Positions 20,882 to 32,114 of a stretch of 64,000 nt of DNA are shown here, one piece after another. The DNA is from an uncultured Acidobacteriaceae bacterium. Its GTDB lineage: Bacteria; Acidobacteriota; Terriglobia; Terriglobales; Acidobacteriaceae. Below the pieces are notes generated by a model. That model made no database searches. It was not told the DNA's origin and saw nothing but the letters and a program-made list of their open reading frames with translations. The DNA lies in contig CAWKNF010000027.1 of assembly GCA_963850805.1 (NCBI GenBank), forward strand, positions 43,201 to 107,200. The letters are read 5' to 3'. How positions within the stretch are numbered: position 1 is the first letter of the stretch; the number at the start of each line of letters is the position of its first letter. The translations under genes were made by a program, and so were the position numbers.

Positions 20882-22156
20882 ATGTCGACAGCAGCACAAA
20901 TCAATAGCGATATCAAGAGCCTGGAACTGGCCGAACTGGGCAAAAAGCGCATCGAGTGGGCGAACCAGTCCATGAAGGTGTTGCAGATTATCCGCAAGGA
21001 GTTCATCAAGAACCAGCCGCTGAAAGGGATCCGCATCTCGGCCTGCCTGCATGTGACGGCAGAGACGGCGAACCTGGCGATCTGCCTGCGCGACGGCGGG
21101 GCCGACGTTGTGTTGTGCGCCTCGAATCCACTTTCGACGCAGGACGATGTTTCCGCCAGCCTGGTGCGCGATCAGGGAATTTCGGTCTACGCCATCAAGG
21201 GTGAGGATAACGATACCTATTACCAGCACATTCTTTCGGCGATCGATCACAAACCGCATGTAACCATGGACGACGGCGCCGATCTGGTGACGATTCTGCA
21301 CACCAAGAGAACGGACGCTCTGGAAGGCGTGATCGGCGGAACGGAAGAGACGACTACGGGCGTAATCCGGCTGCGCGCGATGGCGAAGGAAGGCGTGCTG
21401 AAGTTTCCGATCGTGGCGGTGAACGACGCCGACACCAAGCATCTTTTTGATAACCGTTATGGCACCGGGCAGTCGACCATTGACGGCATTATCCGCGCGA
21501 CCAACTTCCTGCTGGCCGGGTCAAAGTTTATCGTGGCCGGCTATGGCTGGTGCGGCCGCGGGCTGGCGAGCCGCGCGCGGGGTAACGGCGCGGAAGTGAT
21601 CATCACCGAAGTCGATCCGACGAAAGCGCTGGAAGCAACGATGGACGGTTTCCGCGTGATGTCGATGACCGAGGCGGCGAAGCTGGGCGACGTGTTCTGC
21701 ACGGTCACGGGCAACAAGAATGTGCTGACCAAGGAGCACTTCGACTTGATGAAAGACGGCGCGATCATTTCGAACTCCGGGCACTTCAATGTGGAGATCG
21801 ACATTCCGGCGCTCGAGAAAATGTCGTCGTCGAAGCGCACTACGCGCGCCTTCGTCGACGAATACTCGTTGAAGGATGGCCGCAAGATCAATCTGCTGGG
21901 CGAAGGACGGCTGATCAACCTGGCGGCGGCCGAGGGGCATCCCGCGTCGGTGATGGACATGAGCTTTGCCGACCAGGCGCTTTCGGTCGAGTACATGGTA
22001 AAGAATTTCAAGACGCTGGAGAAGAAGGTCTATCGTGTGCCTGACGAACTCGACAAGCGCGTCGCCAAGCTGAAGCTGGAGTCGATGGGGATTAAGATCG
22101 ACCGGCTGACTCCGGAGCAGGAGGAGTATTTGGCGGGGTGGTCGGAGGGGACGTAG
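20882..22156 (+). CDS. ahcY: adenosylhomocysteinase
   Basis: Typical AhcY sequence: [19 protein letters not shown]-binding [18 protein letters not shown]. Confidence 0.97.
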   Translation: MSTAAQINSDIKSLELAELGKKRIEWANQSMKVLQIIRKEFIKNQPLKGIRISACLHVTAETANLAICLRDGGADVVLCASNPLSTQDDVSASLVRDQGISVYAIKGEDNDTYYQHILSAIDHKPHVTMDDGADLVTILHTKRTDALEGVIGGTEETTTGVIRLRAMAKEGVLKFPIVAVNDADTKHLFDNRYGTGQSTIDGIIRATNFLLAGSKFIVAGYGWCGRGLASRARGNGAEVIITEVDPTKALEATMDGFRVMSMTEAAKLGDVFCTVTGNKNVLTKEHFDLMKDGAIISNSGHFNVEIDIPALEKMSSSKRTTRAFVDEYSLKDGRKINLLGEGRLINLAAAEGHPASVMDMSFADQALSVEYMVKNFKTLEKKVYRVPDELDKRVAKLKLESMGIKIDRLTPEQEEYLAGWSEGT

Positions 22157-22180
22157 GCCAGTGATTAGTGGTCAGTTTTG

Positions 22181-22212
22181 ACGGGGCGGCATTGCTGCCC
22201 CGTTTTGTTTTT
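22181..22212 (+). terminator. Rho-independent terminator after ahcY
   Basis: Stem acggggc (22181-22187) / gccccgt (22197-22203), followed by tttgttttt. Confidence 0.75.
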
Positions 22213-22364
22213 CCGTCCCTCGCCTCCGGGAATAAATATCAAGGCGCGGCTCCGGCGAGATCAATGAGTGTACTCGCGATTTATCAACAACCATGGCCTG
22301 AGCCACTCGCCAACTCCACGGCTTTCATTGACTTGCCCCGTTTTCGCCGCGTAAGATTCTGCGC

Positions 22365-25112
22365 GTGATCGGCCAGACCATTTCCCACTATCGCATCGTC
22401 GACAAACTCGGCGGCGGGGGGATGGGTGTGGTTTACAAGGCTGAAGATGTCAAGCTGCACCGCTTTGTCGCCCTGAAGTTCCTGCCCGACGAGATTGCAA
22501 AAGATACCCAAGCTCTAGCCCGCTTCCAACGTGAAGCGCAGGCGGCATCGGCGCTGAATCACCCCAACATCTGCACCATCTACGAAATTGACGACCAGCA
22601 TGGCGAGGCGTTCATCGCCATGGAGTTTCTCGACGGGCTGACCCTGAAACACCGCATCGCGGGGCGTCCGCTGGAAACGGAATTAATTCTGTCGCTCGCC
22701 ATCGAGATCACCGACGCCCTCGATGCTGCCCACACCGAAGGCATCGTCCACCGTGACATCAAGCCTGCGAACATCTTTGTTACCAAGCGCGGACATGCCA
22801 AGATTCTCGATTTCGGATTGGCGAAGGTGAAAGCCGGGAGCAGTTCGGCCAGCCAGGTGGCGGCAGCAGCGACACAGACACTGGACGAGGTGCACCTCAC
22901 CAGCCCAGGGCAAGCGGTTGGAACCGTCGCCTATATGTCGCCGGAGCAGGCGCGGGCCAAGGAACTAGACAACCGCACGGATCTGTTCTCCTTCGGAGCG
23001 GTGCTGTACGAGATGGCGACCGGCTTGGTGCCATTTTACGGTGAGAGCGCCGCGACCATTTATGACGGGATTCTGAACCGTGACCCGATACCACCGACGG
23101 AGATCAACCGCGAGGTTCCGGCGAAGCTGGAAGAGATCATTCATAAGGCGTTGGAGAAAGACCGGGCGCTTCGTTATCAGCACGCCGCCGATATCCGCAC
23201 TGACTTGCAACGCCTCAAGCGTGACACGACGTCCGGGCGCATCCCGGCGCCAATGGGAGCGGCCTCTGGGTCTGGGTCCGCTGTCGGCTTGCCCGCCGCC
23301 ACGGGTTCCGGCATCGCCGTGCGTAGTCAGGCAAAGCTCTTCTATGGTTTGCTCGTTGCGTTGATTCTCATCGCGTTCGGCTTGGGATGGTTCTGGTTCA
23401 AGGGCAGGCAATCCGCGCCACAGAGGGCGTTAAGCGAGGTGCAGATCACGCATACTCTGGCAGAGGACAGCGTGTTGGGCGGCTCTATTTCGCCGAACGG
23501 CAAGCGCGTCGCCTATATTGACCATAAGGGCCTGCACTTAATTGCCATTGAATCCGGGGAATCTCACGACATGGCGCTGCCAGAGGAATTGCGAACTCAT
23601 CTCTGGGATGTGACGTGGTTTCCCGATGGGGAGAAGTTGATCATCGAGTCTCAAAGCGAGTCCGAGGGCAAGGTTCTCTGGTCGATTTCCGTTTTCGGAG
23701 GTGCGCCTCGTAAGCTCCGTATTCACAGCTCACATGCAAAGGTTTCTCCAGACGGATCGACCATCGCTTTCATTAGCGGCTACACCAGCGGCCGCGGGCA
23801 CGAGATCTGGGTGGCGGGAGCCGATGGGGAAAATGCAAGAAAAATTCAAGACAAGGAAAGTGACGAATACAAGTCGCTTGCCTGGTCCCCTTCCGGCCAG
23901 CGCCTCGCGTACCTGAAGAAATTCGAAAAAGGAGGGGTAGATAATCGGAATTCTGGGGGCAGCATCGAGACGCTTTCCATTAATGGAGGAGCGCGAAGTG
24001 TTGTGGTCTCGGATCCTGGATTATTGATTTGGGCTGGTATGGTCTGGCTTCCCGATGGGCGCCTGGTGTTTTCATCGTCGAGAGAAAAGGTAATTGGGGG
24101 ACAGCCGAAACTTTGGGCTATCTTGACAGACTCGCAGACGGGAGTGTTTTCGGGGAAGCCAGCGCAGATAACCAACTGGCCCGATTCACTCGCGCACGAC
24201 CCGAGCGTCAGCCATGATGGCAGTCGTCTGCTTGCAGGAAAGAACCGACAGCGGAACGACGCCTACGTCGGTGAGCTCAAAGAAAACGGCACGCGGCTGG
24301 ATTCGCTCAAACGCCTGACTTCGAGCGATAGCAGCAACGCGGCAACCGGATGGACACGTGACAGCGGAACCGTTCTTCTCATGTCTAACCGTGCGGGCAG
24401 GTTTCAGATCTACAAACAGCGAATTGACGCGGATGCACCTGAACTTCTTGCCAGCGGTCCAGATAATCTGTTGTACCCTTCGTTTAGCCCGGATGCCGCA
24501 TGGGTTCTTTATTGGGCGGTGAGCCAGTCTCAGTCGGCTTCGCAGAGATTGATGCGTGTTCCCGCTTCCGGCGGATCGCCCGAGCAAGTGCTTGAAGCCC
24601 CTGTTGACCCGACGATTGTGTTCGACTGCCCTTCGCTGCCCTCCAGTTCATGCGTCATCAGCCGTGAGGAGCAAGGCCAGCTTGTTTTCTATGCCTTGGA
24701 TCCCGTGCAAGGGCAAGGTAAGGAAATCATTCGGACTAAGCGGGGACAAACTAGCGACCTGCAGTGGTGCCTTTCCCCAGACGGTTCGCATGTCGCTTTT
24801 GCGAGTCGGACCCAGCTTCGTGAACAGATCCGCATACTCGATTTGCAGAATGGCACTGAGCGGAGTCTTTCGTTGCCAAAGGGGTGGTGGATCTACGGTT
24901 TCTCGTGGGCCGCGGATGGGAAGGCCTTGTTCGCCAGTGTTCCTTCGACTGAGTTCCTTATCGCGCGCATCGATCTGGATGGAAATACTCACATACTCTT
25001 CAAACGGGCTGCTGCGTGGATCGGAGTGCCTTTTTCGTCCCCGGATGGTAAACACCTGGCCTATTTCGAGGGAATTGTCGATGACAACTTTTGGCTCCTC
25101 GAAAACTTCTAA
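22365..25112 (+). CDS. Ser/Thr protein kinase with TM segment and TolB-like beta-propeller repeats
   Basis: Kinase motifs [31 protein letters not shown]-like SPEQ. TM segment [21 protein letters not shown]. The C-terminal half has repeated SP(D/N)G propeller-like units. GTG start. Confidence 0.9.
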   Translation: MIGQTISHYRIVDKLGGGGMGVVYKAEDVKLHRFVALKFLPDEIAKDTQALARFQREAQAASALNHPNICTIYEIDDQHGEAFIAMEFLDGLTLKHRIAGRPLETELILSLAIEITDALDAAHTEGIVHRDIKPANIFVTKRGHAKILDFGLAKVKAGSSSASQVAAAATQTLDEVHLTSPGQAVGTVAYMSPEQARAKELDNRTDLFSFGAVLYEMATGLVPFYGESAATIYDGILNRDPIPPTEINREVPAKLEEIIHKALEKDRALRYQHAADIRTDLQRLKRDTTSGRIPAPMGAASGSGSAVGLPAATGSGIAVRSQAKLFYGLLVALILIAFGLGWFWFKGRQSAPQRALSEVQITHTLAEDSVLGGSISPNGKRVAYIDHKGLHLIAIESGESHDMALPEELRTHLWDVTWFPDGEKLIIESQSESEGKVLWSISVFGGAPRKLRIHSSHAKVSPDGSTIAFISGYTSGRGHEIWVAGADGENARKIQDKESDEYKSLAWSPSGQRLAYLKKFEKGGVDNRNSGGSIETLSINGGARSVVVSDPGLLIWAGMVWLPDGRLVFSSSREKVIGGQPKLWAILTDSQTGVFSGKPAQITNWPDSLAHDPSVSHDGSRLLAGKNRQRNDAYVGELKENGTRLDSLKRLTSSDSSNAATGWTRDSGTVLLMSNRAGRFQIYKQRIDADAPELLASGPDNLLYPSFSPDAAWVLYWAVSQSQSASQRLMRVPASGGSPEQVLEAPVDPTIVFDCPSLPSSSCVISREEQGQLVFYALDPVQGQGKEIIRTKRGQTSDLQWCLSPDGSHVAFASRTQLREQIRILDLQNGTERSLSLPKGWWIYGFSWAADGKALFASVPSTEFLIARIDLDGNTHILFKRAAAWIGVPFSSPDGKHLAYFEGIVDDNFWLLENF

Positions 25113-25122
25113 GTCTTCCTAA

Positions 25123-25239
25123 GAGAGTACGAACGAAGGCCGCAGCGCTTTCACGGCATCTCCCGTTCTCTGGAACGACCCTGACCGCGATATCCCCATC
25201 CTGAAGCAAGCCAAGGCGGAGTACGCGAAGCTTCAATAG
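25123..25239 (+). other. start-less gene-tail remnant (..LWNDPDRDIPILKQAKAEYAKLQ*)
   Basis: Open frame begins right after a TAA (25120-25122) with no start codon. It ends with TAG at 25237-25239. Paralogous to 17322-17398. Confidence 0.5.
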
Positions 25240-25440
25240 TCAACTGACCCTAATCAGGCGTTTACACTCATTGACCTGTCCAGCGGTCGGGCGTCCCCAC
25301 CCTTTGTCCTTGGAGACGGTGGGATTCGGCGGCCGGGTCCCGCTTGGAGTTTCCTCGACGACTCGCGCTAACGGGCGATTCCGGGAGAACGCCCTTAGAC
25401 GGCTTATGCACGAACAGCCGTGCAGGGGTCCTTCGACTGC

Positions 25441-25545
25441 GCATGCGGATTCATAAGGCGAATCCGCATGCTCCGCTCAGGATGACAGGGCTCTCATTTG
25501 GAGCACAATCCCCACTTCTCGCAAAGGACGCGAGAAACGGGGCGC
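25441..25545. repeat. dispersed repeat copy: perfect 12-bp hairpin plus gctcaggatgaca motif plus AKDARNGA core
   Basis: Hairpin gcatgcggattc-ataaggc-gaatccgcatgc (25441-25471). Core ttctcgcaaaggacgcgagaaacggggcgc (25516-25545). Confidence 0.7.
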
Positions 25546-25547
25546 GG

Positions 25548-25880
25548 CTATCGCGATATTACAACAACTGCCCCCGGGTGGGCGATGGAATGAGAGCGGT
25601 CAAACTGCATGCAGAGTAGGAAGAATAAAATCATCAACACCCAAGTAGCTAAGTATAAAAATCGAAGGTAGCTCTCGTGGAAGAACTGCCGATGCAGTCG
25701 CCAAATTTTGATCTGGTTAGTCGGCGCGCGAGCGGACATCCGCGAAAATGCCCACACCGAGGTAGTATATTGTTCGCTGTCTGGGAGGTGTTGGTTAACC
25801 TCTCTGGTGATTCGCTTCCAAACCATCCATTGGGCTAGACCAGTCGAATAGAATATTCCGAAATAAAACAGAATGCCCAT
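25548..25880 (-). CDS. hypothetical small membrane protein
   Basis: 110-aa ORF in an AT-richer patch with two hydrophobic segments (GILFYFGIFYSTGLAQWMVW, YLATWVLMILFFLLCM). Its 3' end abuts repeat DNA. Weak call. Confidence 0.3.
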   Translation of the reverse strand: MGILFYFGIFYSTGLAQWMVWKRITREVNQHLPDSEQYTTSVWAFSRMSARAPTNQIKIWRLHRQFFHESYLRFLYLATWVLMILFFLLCMQFDRSHSIAHPGAVVVISR

Positions 25881-26075
25881 GATGTACGGAGCCGCAACTG
25901 CGATTGCTCCCCATACGAGGCTAGTGCGCCGTTCTAAGCCCGTCTACGTTACTTTCGACCGCAATGCCGGCTCGCTCATGAGCTACATTTCTCAATTCGG
26001 TTTGGCATGATCATGATCCTCGATTCGCCATGAATGCTTTCAAGCCTCTGGCATGCAGGTGACGCCCTGCGGGCG

Positions 26076-29000
26076 TCAAGGCTTTGCCTTGAACGTAGCC
26101 ATCTGCATCACCCAATAGCCGGCGCTATTAGTGGCTGTGGCCGCGTTACTGCCAGTGCTGCTAACAACCTTGTCTTCCGCAATGCTGCCGTAGATGTTGA
26201 TCACCCTCTCCGTGAATCCGGAACCGGCTGTCGTGAAGTGGTGAGCGGAATTGCCGGCGCCAAAAATCAGCTCGTTTGCTGAAGTTGTAGTAGCAGAACC
26301 GCTGCTCGCAGTAGTTCCGGTGCCAGTTGCCGCGGCGGTGACGTCCAGCGGACTGGTGGGGTCAAGGCCGCTGTACTCCAGAATGCGGACATCGGGATAA
26401 GCCGCTGCCTGGTTGAACTTGACCGTCACTGTGTTGGTGCCGCCGACAATGTTCTTGGCGTAGTAAATGGACTCTTGCAATCCGGTACCGGTGGTCGGGC
26501 CCACCGCCCGAGTGTAGGTGTTGCCTTTGCTGTCGGTCACCGAACTGATCGAGGAAGTAGTGTCGCCCCATCCCGCCACCACGATATTCAGGTTGCCCGC
26601 GGTCTGCGTGTTTACGTAAGCAACCGCAACAGAGGTATTGGAAGCCTGGATTGTAGATGGACCTGAGGCTACCTGGACGAACATGATGGTTCCGCTTGAG
26701 GTGTAGGTGTAGCCGCTGGTCAGAGTGCCACTCTGGCCGTTGCTGTTGGTCACTACTACATTCACGACCCCGGCTGCATGTGCGGGAGTGGTAGCGGTGA
26801 TCGTGGTACTGCTGACCACGACGACGCTGGTCGCCGCCGTTCCACCAAAAGTCACGGTTGCACCGGACGCGAAGTTGGTTCCGGTGATCGTCACCGGGGT
26901 TCCGCCGCTCGTCGTGCCCGATGTGGGCGAGATCGCGGTAGGCGCAGGAGGCGATGGCGAAGTTTGCAAGCTGCCCCGGAAGGCAACCATCTGCATCACC
27001 CAGGTGCCGCCGTTGTCGGTTGCCGTGGCTGCGTAAGCTCCAGCGCCGTTGACGATTTGGTCTTCTGAAATGCCACCGAAAGGGTTGATCAGCCGGTTAC
27101 TGAATCCGGACCCGGCCGCGGTGAAATGACCACTGGTATTGCCGGCGCCAACGATCAGCTCATTCGCGGAAGTTGTGGTGGCAGGACCACTGCTCGCAGT
27201 GGGCCCGCTGCCGGTAGCAGCTGCCGAGACGTCCAAGGGATTGGACGTATTCAAGCCGTTGTATTCCGTCACATTCACGTTGGGGTAGCTTGCCGATGAA
27301 TTGAATTTCACGGTGACGGTATTGCTGCCGCCAACGATGTTCTTGGCGTAGTAGATGGACTGTTGCAATCCGGTGGTGGTGGTGGGACCCACCGCCCGGG
27401 TGTAGGTATTGCTTTTGCTGTCGGTGACCGAACTTATCGAAGAGGTGGTGTCTCCCGACATCACCGCCACTACGTTCAAGTCTCCCGCGATTTGGGGGGT
27501 GTTATACGGGATTGCGATGGACGTGCCTGAGTTTGCAGTCGCGGAGTTGCTTTGCACGAAATTGATGCCGCTGGGTGGAGGCGGAAGTGGAGTGCCGGAT
27601 GGCACCTGGACCATCGTTGAGAGTGAGGGGACGCCCGCGCTGTTCAATAAAAAAAGCATGTAATAGCCGGGCGGCGCGATGTCACCGCTGGGCGGTGCAG
27701 TGACTGTCAGACTTCCACTCCCTGCCGTGAAAGACAGCCCGACCATACGCTGGTCCATGTTGAAGGCATGAGTCACGGCACCGTTTCGCATCAAGACCAC
27801 TGAGGAAATGCTGGAAGCGTTCGGGGTTTGAACCGTGAATGGTACGCCGTAAGCGATGCTGGCAGGGGCACTGGCAATGGTTGGCCTTGTGGCCAGTGTT
27901 CCGTTGGAGTTGAAGAGATAGGCGGGTTGGTAGATCTCCATGTGGGGCTCGTACGTGCCCTGCTCCGGATTTCCACCCGCGAACCAGACAGTGGCGTCTG
28001 GCAGGAGCAATGACGTGGAGTGATACAGGTGGGCATAGGCATTTACCCCCGCAGATGAAAAAGCATTCAAGACCGGGTCGTACAGATCCGCATCCAGACT
28101 GGCGGTGGTTGGGTCCTCGTCGTTCGTGGAGCCTCCAATCGCCAACACTTTGCCGTTGGGCAGAATGGTTGCGTTCATTTCCATGCGGGGCTCAGACATG
28201 TTCGGACCCGATTGCCATTCCGGGTGGGAAACACCGAGGTCAATGATCTCGGTGGTGTCGGTGGACGGGTTCCCCGTGGTGCCGACGCCGGCGCCTCCAA
28301 GAATCATGACGCGAGGGTCATAGTTATTGGGAGTCAGCGGAAGGAGCACGGACGTGCCATAGCCGCGGCTGGCATCGTAGATAGTCGTGGCCACGTCGAG
28401 CGTCCAGGTCTGATCGGAGGGGTCAAAGAGAGCTGAAGTTGGTTCTGGAGCCGAGTAAAACACGTTGCCGTCGGGTAAGAGATGCAGGCGCGGGTAAAGA
28501 GGTGGAGTCCAAGTCGCAGGAACCGGGTACTCCTGACTCCATCCGGACCCGACGGTGTAGAACTCGACGGTGCTGTTGGTGATGCCAGTCAGATTTTGGT
28601 TGTGGTGATCCCAGCCGGAGATTGCCCCGGAGAGAACCATCACCTGACCGTTGCCCAACACGATCGCCGTGGGATACCAGCGTCCATGCCCCATGGCCTG
28701 CTGTCCGCTGAAGATTCCGGTCGCAGGATCATAAGTCGCTGTAGCAGAGTAGCCCGTGAACTGAGGATCAGAACTCGGGCCGTACGATACGGTGCCTCCC
28801 ATGATGAAGGGACGACCGTCGGGAAGAACGACCATGGCATTGCAGAACATGTCCCAAGGCAGTGTGTACTGAGTGATAGTGCCGGCGACAGGATCAAGAA
28901 GCTCAGCGCCGGACTCATTCCCCGGACCATACGGCGGGCCTGATGGACAATAACTTAGATAAGGCGGGCAGCTTCCTGAACCGGCGACGATGAGTATCTT

Positions 29001-29171
29001 CCCATTTGACAATAGCGCCGCGTGAACTGGATTGATGGGCGTCGTGTAGGACAGAGTGGTCCACTTGCCTTGAACATTGGCTTGTCCGGTTGCAAACTGA
29101 ATTGCAACCACCAGGAACAGAACTGCGCATAGAGAGCCAGAGCCGAAAACTGACGACGTAGCGCGTTTCAT
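26076..29171 (-). CDS. large secreted galactose-oxidase/glyoxal-oxidase-like protein with IPT/TIG domain and duplicated C-terminal modules
   Basis: ATG 29169-29171 preceded by GGAGG. Signal peptide MKRATSSVFGSGSLCAVLFLVVAIQFA. Kelch/glyoxal-oxidase-like part (GHGRWYPTAIVLGNGQVMVLSG) and DUF1929-like part (VVLMRNGAVTHAFNMDQR...PPGYYMLFLL). IPT/TIG-like TITGTNFASGATVTFGG. Confidence 0.8.
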   Translation of the reverse strand: MKRATSSVFGSGSLCAVLFLVVAIQFATGQANVQGKWTTLSYTTPINPVHAALLSNGKILIVAGSGSCPPYLSYCPSGPPYGPGNESGAELLDPVAGTITQYTLPWDMFCNAMVVLPDGRPFIMGGTVSYGPSSDPQFTGYSATATYDPATGIFSGQQAMGHGRWYPTAIVLGNGQVMVLSGAISGWDHHNQNLTGITNSTVEFYTVGSGWSQEYPVPATWTPPLYPRLHLLPDGNVFYSAPEPTSALFDPSDQTWTLDVATTIYDASRGYGTSVLLPLTPNNYDPRVMILGGAGVGTTGNPSTDTTEIIDLGVSHPEWQSGPNMSEPRMEMNATILPNGKVLAIGGSTNDEDPTTASLDADLYDPVLNAFSSAGVNAYAHLYHSTSLLLPDATVWFAGGNPEQGTYEPHMEIYQPAYLFNSNGTLATRPTIASAPASIAYGVPFTVQTPNASSISSVVLMRNGAVTHAFNMDQRMVGLSFTAGSGSLTVTAPPSGDIAPPGYYMLFLLNSAGVPSLSTMVQVPSGTPLPPPPSGINFVQSNSATANSGTSIAIPYNTPQIAGDLNVVAVMSGDTTSSISSVTDSKSNTYTRAVGPTTTTGLQQSIYYAKNIVGGSNTVTVKFNSSASYPNVNVTEYNGLNTSNPLDVSAAATGSGPTASSGPATTTSANELIVGAGNTSGHFTAAGSGFSNRLINPFGGISEDQIVNGAGAYAATATDNGGTWVMQMVAFRGSLQTSPSPPAPTAISPTSGTTSGGTPVTITGTNFASGATVTFGGTAATSVVVVSSTTITATTPAHAAGVVNVVVTNSNGQSGTLTSGYTYTSSGTIMFVQVASGPSTIQASNTSVAVAYVNTQTAGNLNIVVAGWGDTTSSISSVTDSKGNTYTRAVGPTTGTGLQESIYYAKNIVGGTNTVTVKFNQAAAYPDVRILEYSGLDPTSPLDVTAAATGTGTTASSGSATTTSANELIFGAGNSAHHFTTAGSGFTERVINIYGSIAEDKVVSSTGSNAATATNSAGYWVMQMATFKAKP
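26079..27566 (-). repeat. intragenic duplication: two modules of about 200 aa (26079-26687 and 26973-27566) flanking the IPT/TIG segment
   Basis: The modules align residue by residue. Example: GDTTSSISSVTDSK(G/S)NTYTRAVGPTT.TGLQ.SIYYAKNIVGG.NTVTVKFN...TTTSANELI.GAGN. Similarity is also visible at the DNA level. Confidence 0.9.
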
Positions 29172-29473
29172 AAAATTTTCCTCCCACGAGCTGCCAATCC
29201 TTGCTAATAAACTGGGGTGCGCACGTGCCATCGGACAGCTGGACACTTGTGTCGCAGCTCCTTCGGCGCAGCCGTTTAATGCCAGGCCCACCGCCGGGAC
29301 CAGAAGGACCGTCCCACGTCTTCAACAGGCGCCATCCATCCGAATTGTCAACACCGTTGGCGGAGATTTTGTCCACGGTTGAAACCAGAAGCACGAGTCT
29401 GGCTTTCATCGAATCAATCCTCATTCTCTGGACGTGACTCTGCGGCTCCCCGAGAACGGAGATCGCCCCCCGG

Positions 29474-29509
29474 AATTCTGCTTCGAAATTCTGCTTCGAG
29501 ATTCTGCTA
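29474..29509 (+). repeat. 13-nt tandem repeat AATTCTGCTTCGA x2.8
   Basis: Read directly: aattctgcttcga aattctgcttcga gattctgcta. It lies in the divergent spacer between 29171(-) and 29885(+). Confidence 0.85.
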
Positions 29510-29779
29510 CTTAGTGTTTGATGGGGCCGTGCCCTGGAGTCTCGAACACGTCGCGGTGAGGAGCAGAGGCGCGGCCAGTCGCCTTTTGCTGAACGGGGGG
29601 ATTTATTTCCTTAGAAAGCGGCGCAATTTGGACGCTAAGACTAAAGTGCTATTTCGTCAATGGCACTTTAGTGGTGTGTGGACTCGTGACCCTAACGTCA
29701 AGGTCGAAGGCAGCGGACAAGAGGTCTCCGCTCCCACACAATCGAAATCCCCACCCTTCGGCTTCGCTCAGGGCAGGCT

Positions 29780-29810
29780 TTCTTACAAAGGCCGCGAGAA
29801 ATGGGGCGCC
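29780..29810. repeat. dispersed repeat core copy (ttcttacaaaggccgcgagaaatggggcgcc)
   Basis: Same family as 18368-18541 and 25516-25545. Preceded by cttcggcttcgctcagggcagg. Confidence 0.65.
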
Positions 29811-29884
29811 GCAGCAAGCGTGTATTGAGAATGATAGAGTAGCAAGCCTGATCGATTGGCACAGTTGCGGGAAGGAGCCGATGT

Positions 29885-31468
29885 ATGCACGTTGGCGCGC
29901 CAAGCTTTAACGTGCGTTTCAATCGAATCTGGTCGGCGCTGACGCTGCTTTTCTTTCTGGTGCGGGTAGAGCCTGCTTTGTGGGCCCAAGATGGCGAATG
30001 GGACAAACACATGAAGGCGGGCAGCAAGGCCTCCGCGTCATTTAAGTATGCAAGGGCGGAGGAAGAGCTTCAAGCCGCGCTTGCGCAAACTCAGGCATTT
30101 CCCCCAAATGATTTTCGGACAGCAGAGACGCTGAGTAAACTTGCGGCTTTGTACGTGAAAGAAACAAAATTTACCGAGGCGGAAAACCGGCAGAAGCAGG
30201 CCGTCGCCATCTTCGAAGCCTCCGCCGGGCCTGACGATCCTCGATTGGCCTATGCCCAGATTGGCTTGGCGGTGATCTATGAGTTCGAAAGCAGACGCGA
30301 GGAAGCTGCGCCGATTTGGAGTCAGTCTTTCCCTATGCTGGAGAAGGCAGCGAAACCGAGCGATCCCGAAGCCTTGTCGACGCTGATTGATTTGAGGGAC
30401 GCACTGCAGAATTTAGCCCGGCTGTACGAACGGCAGAAGCAAGTTTCGGATGCCGAGACGATGGAGACCAGAATCCTGGCAATCGACGAAAGAGCCTTTG
30501 GTCCAACCATGCCTGTATGGGCGTGGCGCGGCTTGGTTGAACGCGACCCAACCGGTAGCGACGCGGAAACACTCGGCCGGCTCTACGAGCGCGAGGGCAG
30601 GTATGGAGCTGCATTTCCACTTCTGCTGCTCAGAGTGGAAATCAGTCAGAACGCATACCGGAAAGACAGATCCGTTTCCGGTCTCCACAGGGATGCAGCG
30701 ACGGCCTTAGATGTGATAGTAGGCATGGTCGAAGTTCCTATTTTCCATGAGAGCCTACCGGGGCCGTTGTTGGATCCCCACTGGGGAAGCGGTGGCGAGT
30801 TGCTCCGTGAATACAGGGAACTGGCAAAGGTCGGTGCCGAATCTGGAAAATATCCTGAGGCTGCCGAACTGTACAAGCAGATCGTACCCCTGGCTGAGAA
30901 AGCGGCTGGTTCCAATCTAGAGTTTAAGGTCAGGGAACTGGCCGAGGATTTGATGGATTTATCCAGAGTGTATCGTCATCAAAAACGCTATGACGATGCG
31001 ATGGACACGATCAAGCGATCTGAAATGGTTGATGAAAGGGCTGCGAAAGCGAAATTTCCGAAACCAAAGCAAGTGGCGCTGTTGCATTGGTACAGCCAGA
31101 ACGAACTGGCGGAGATCTATCGCGAAAAAGGCGATATCGCGGCCGCAATTCCCCTTTTCGAGCGGTCTCTGGAGACGTCGGACAAAATACCTTTGGGGGC
31201 AGGACATCCCCGGATTGCTGAGTTGCTGAGCGATTACGCCAACTTGCTGGGAGACCAGGGAAATTTCGACGCGGCCGAATCATTTTACAAGCGCGCTCTC
31301 GATACCTGGGCGAAGAGTTGGTATCCGCAGCAACTGGAACAAGCCGAGACTCTCACGAACTATGCCGCTCTGTTGCGAAAATTGGACCGGCCGGTGGAAG
31401 CAGAACCCCTGGAAGCACAAGCCGCCGCCATTCACGCGAAGGTTAGTGCCTCAACCCCGGCGAATTGA
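29885..31468 (+). CDS. tetratricopeptide-repeat protein (secreted or membrane-anchored)
   Basis: 527 aa. Hydrophobic N-terminus (IWSALTLLFFLV). Repeated 34-42 aa helical units with AxxLxxLAxLY-type TPR patterns. Confidence 0.75.
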   Translation: MHVGAPSFNVRFNRIWSALTLLFFLVRVEPALWAQDGEWDKHMKAGSKASASFKYARAEEELQAALAQTQAFPPNDFRTAETLSKLAALYVKETKFTEAENRQKQAVAIFEASAGPDDPRLAYAQIGLAVIYEFESRREEAAPIWSQSFPMLEKAAKPSDPEALSTLIDLRDALQNLARLYERQKQVSDAETMETRILAIDERAFGPTMPVWAWRGLVERDPTGSDAETLGRLYEREGRYGAAFPLLLLRVEISQNAYRKDRSVSGLHRDAATALDVIVGMVEVPIFHESLPGPLLDPHWGSGGELLREYRELAKVGAESGKYPEAAELYKQIVPLAEKAAGSNLEFKVRELAEDLMDLSRVYRHQKRYDDAMDTIKRSEMVDERAAKAKFPKPKQVALLHWYSQNELAEIYREKGDIAAAIPLFERSLETSDKIPLGAGHPRIAELLSDYANLLGDQGNFDAAESFYKRALDTWAKSWYPQQLEQAETLTNYAALLRKLDRPVEAEPLEAQAAAIHAKVSASTPAN

Positions 31469-31524
31469 TAGCGTATCAGTTCACCTCTGCGCCAAGATGA
31501 CAGGGCAGGCATTTCGTCGGATTG

Positions 31525-32061
31525 CTATTGCGGCTGGGCCGCCGGTGCAGCGGGCGAAGCGGTGGCTGTTGGATCGAGGGCTCCGGCGCAGTAGGGGCAA
31601 AACTTGTCGCCGAGGTCAACGCTGCGTTGGCAGTGTGGGCAGGCGGGGCGCAGGCGGGTGCGGCAGCGGGGACAGAAGCTGAAGCTGGGCTCGACCTCGG
31701 CAGCGCAATGGGGACAGTGGGCGATGCGGGGTTTGCGCAAGATGAAATAGAGGACGATGCCCAGGCCGTTGGGGACAAACATGGCCAGCAGAGTCCACCA
31801 CGCGCGGCTCATGCCTCGCCGCCCGGAGTCCTGGTTGATGTAACCGATCAGCACGGCGTAGCAGGCGAGGAAGGCTCCGCAAAGGAGGCCGAGCAGGCAT
31901 CGAACCGGAAGCCGGGGTGCTTTGGGATCCATGCCCACCACCGTCACAAAGAGCACAGAGATAACCACGAAGACCGCTGTGAATAAGTAGTAGGCCCAAG
32001 GCGCAAGGATGCGGATCTCGTCTTTGGATTGCGTGGAAGATTGATTTCTATCGTTCGTCAT
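31525..32061 (-). CDS. membrane protein with C-terminal double zinc-ribbon
   Basis: ATG 32059-32061 preceded by AGGAG. TM segments, then CPHCAAEV...FCPRCRTRLRPACPHCQRSV...FCPYCAG. Confidence 0.7.
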   Translation of the reverse strand: MTNDRNQSSTQSKDEIRILAPWAYYLFTAVFVVISVLFVTVVGMDPKAPRLPVRCLLGLLCGAFLACYAVLIGYINQDSGRRGMSRAWWTLLAMFVPNGLGIVLYFILRKPRIAHCPHCAAEVEPSFSFCPRCRTRLRPACPHCQRSVDLGDKFCPYCAGALDPTATASPAAPAAQPQ

Positions 32062-32114
32062 AAATCTCCTGACTCCGTACTTCGTTTGCCGCAAGAATCT
32101 TGTTCCTGGCCCCA

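Noticed and set aside
26079-27566. Template/variable repeat pair of a diversity-generating retroelement
   Set aside because: No reverse transcriptase gene is in the window. Both copies are in the same ORF, and the differences are not confined to adenine positions.
31476-31999. Alternative ORFs (31522-31986 +, 31616-31999 -) overlapping the zinc-ribbon membrane protein gene
   Set aside because: These are Ala/Gly/Arg-rich shadow frames. The chosen frame has TM segments, four CxxC pairs and an AGGAG-ATG start.
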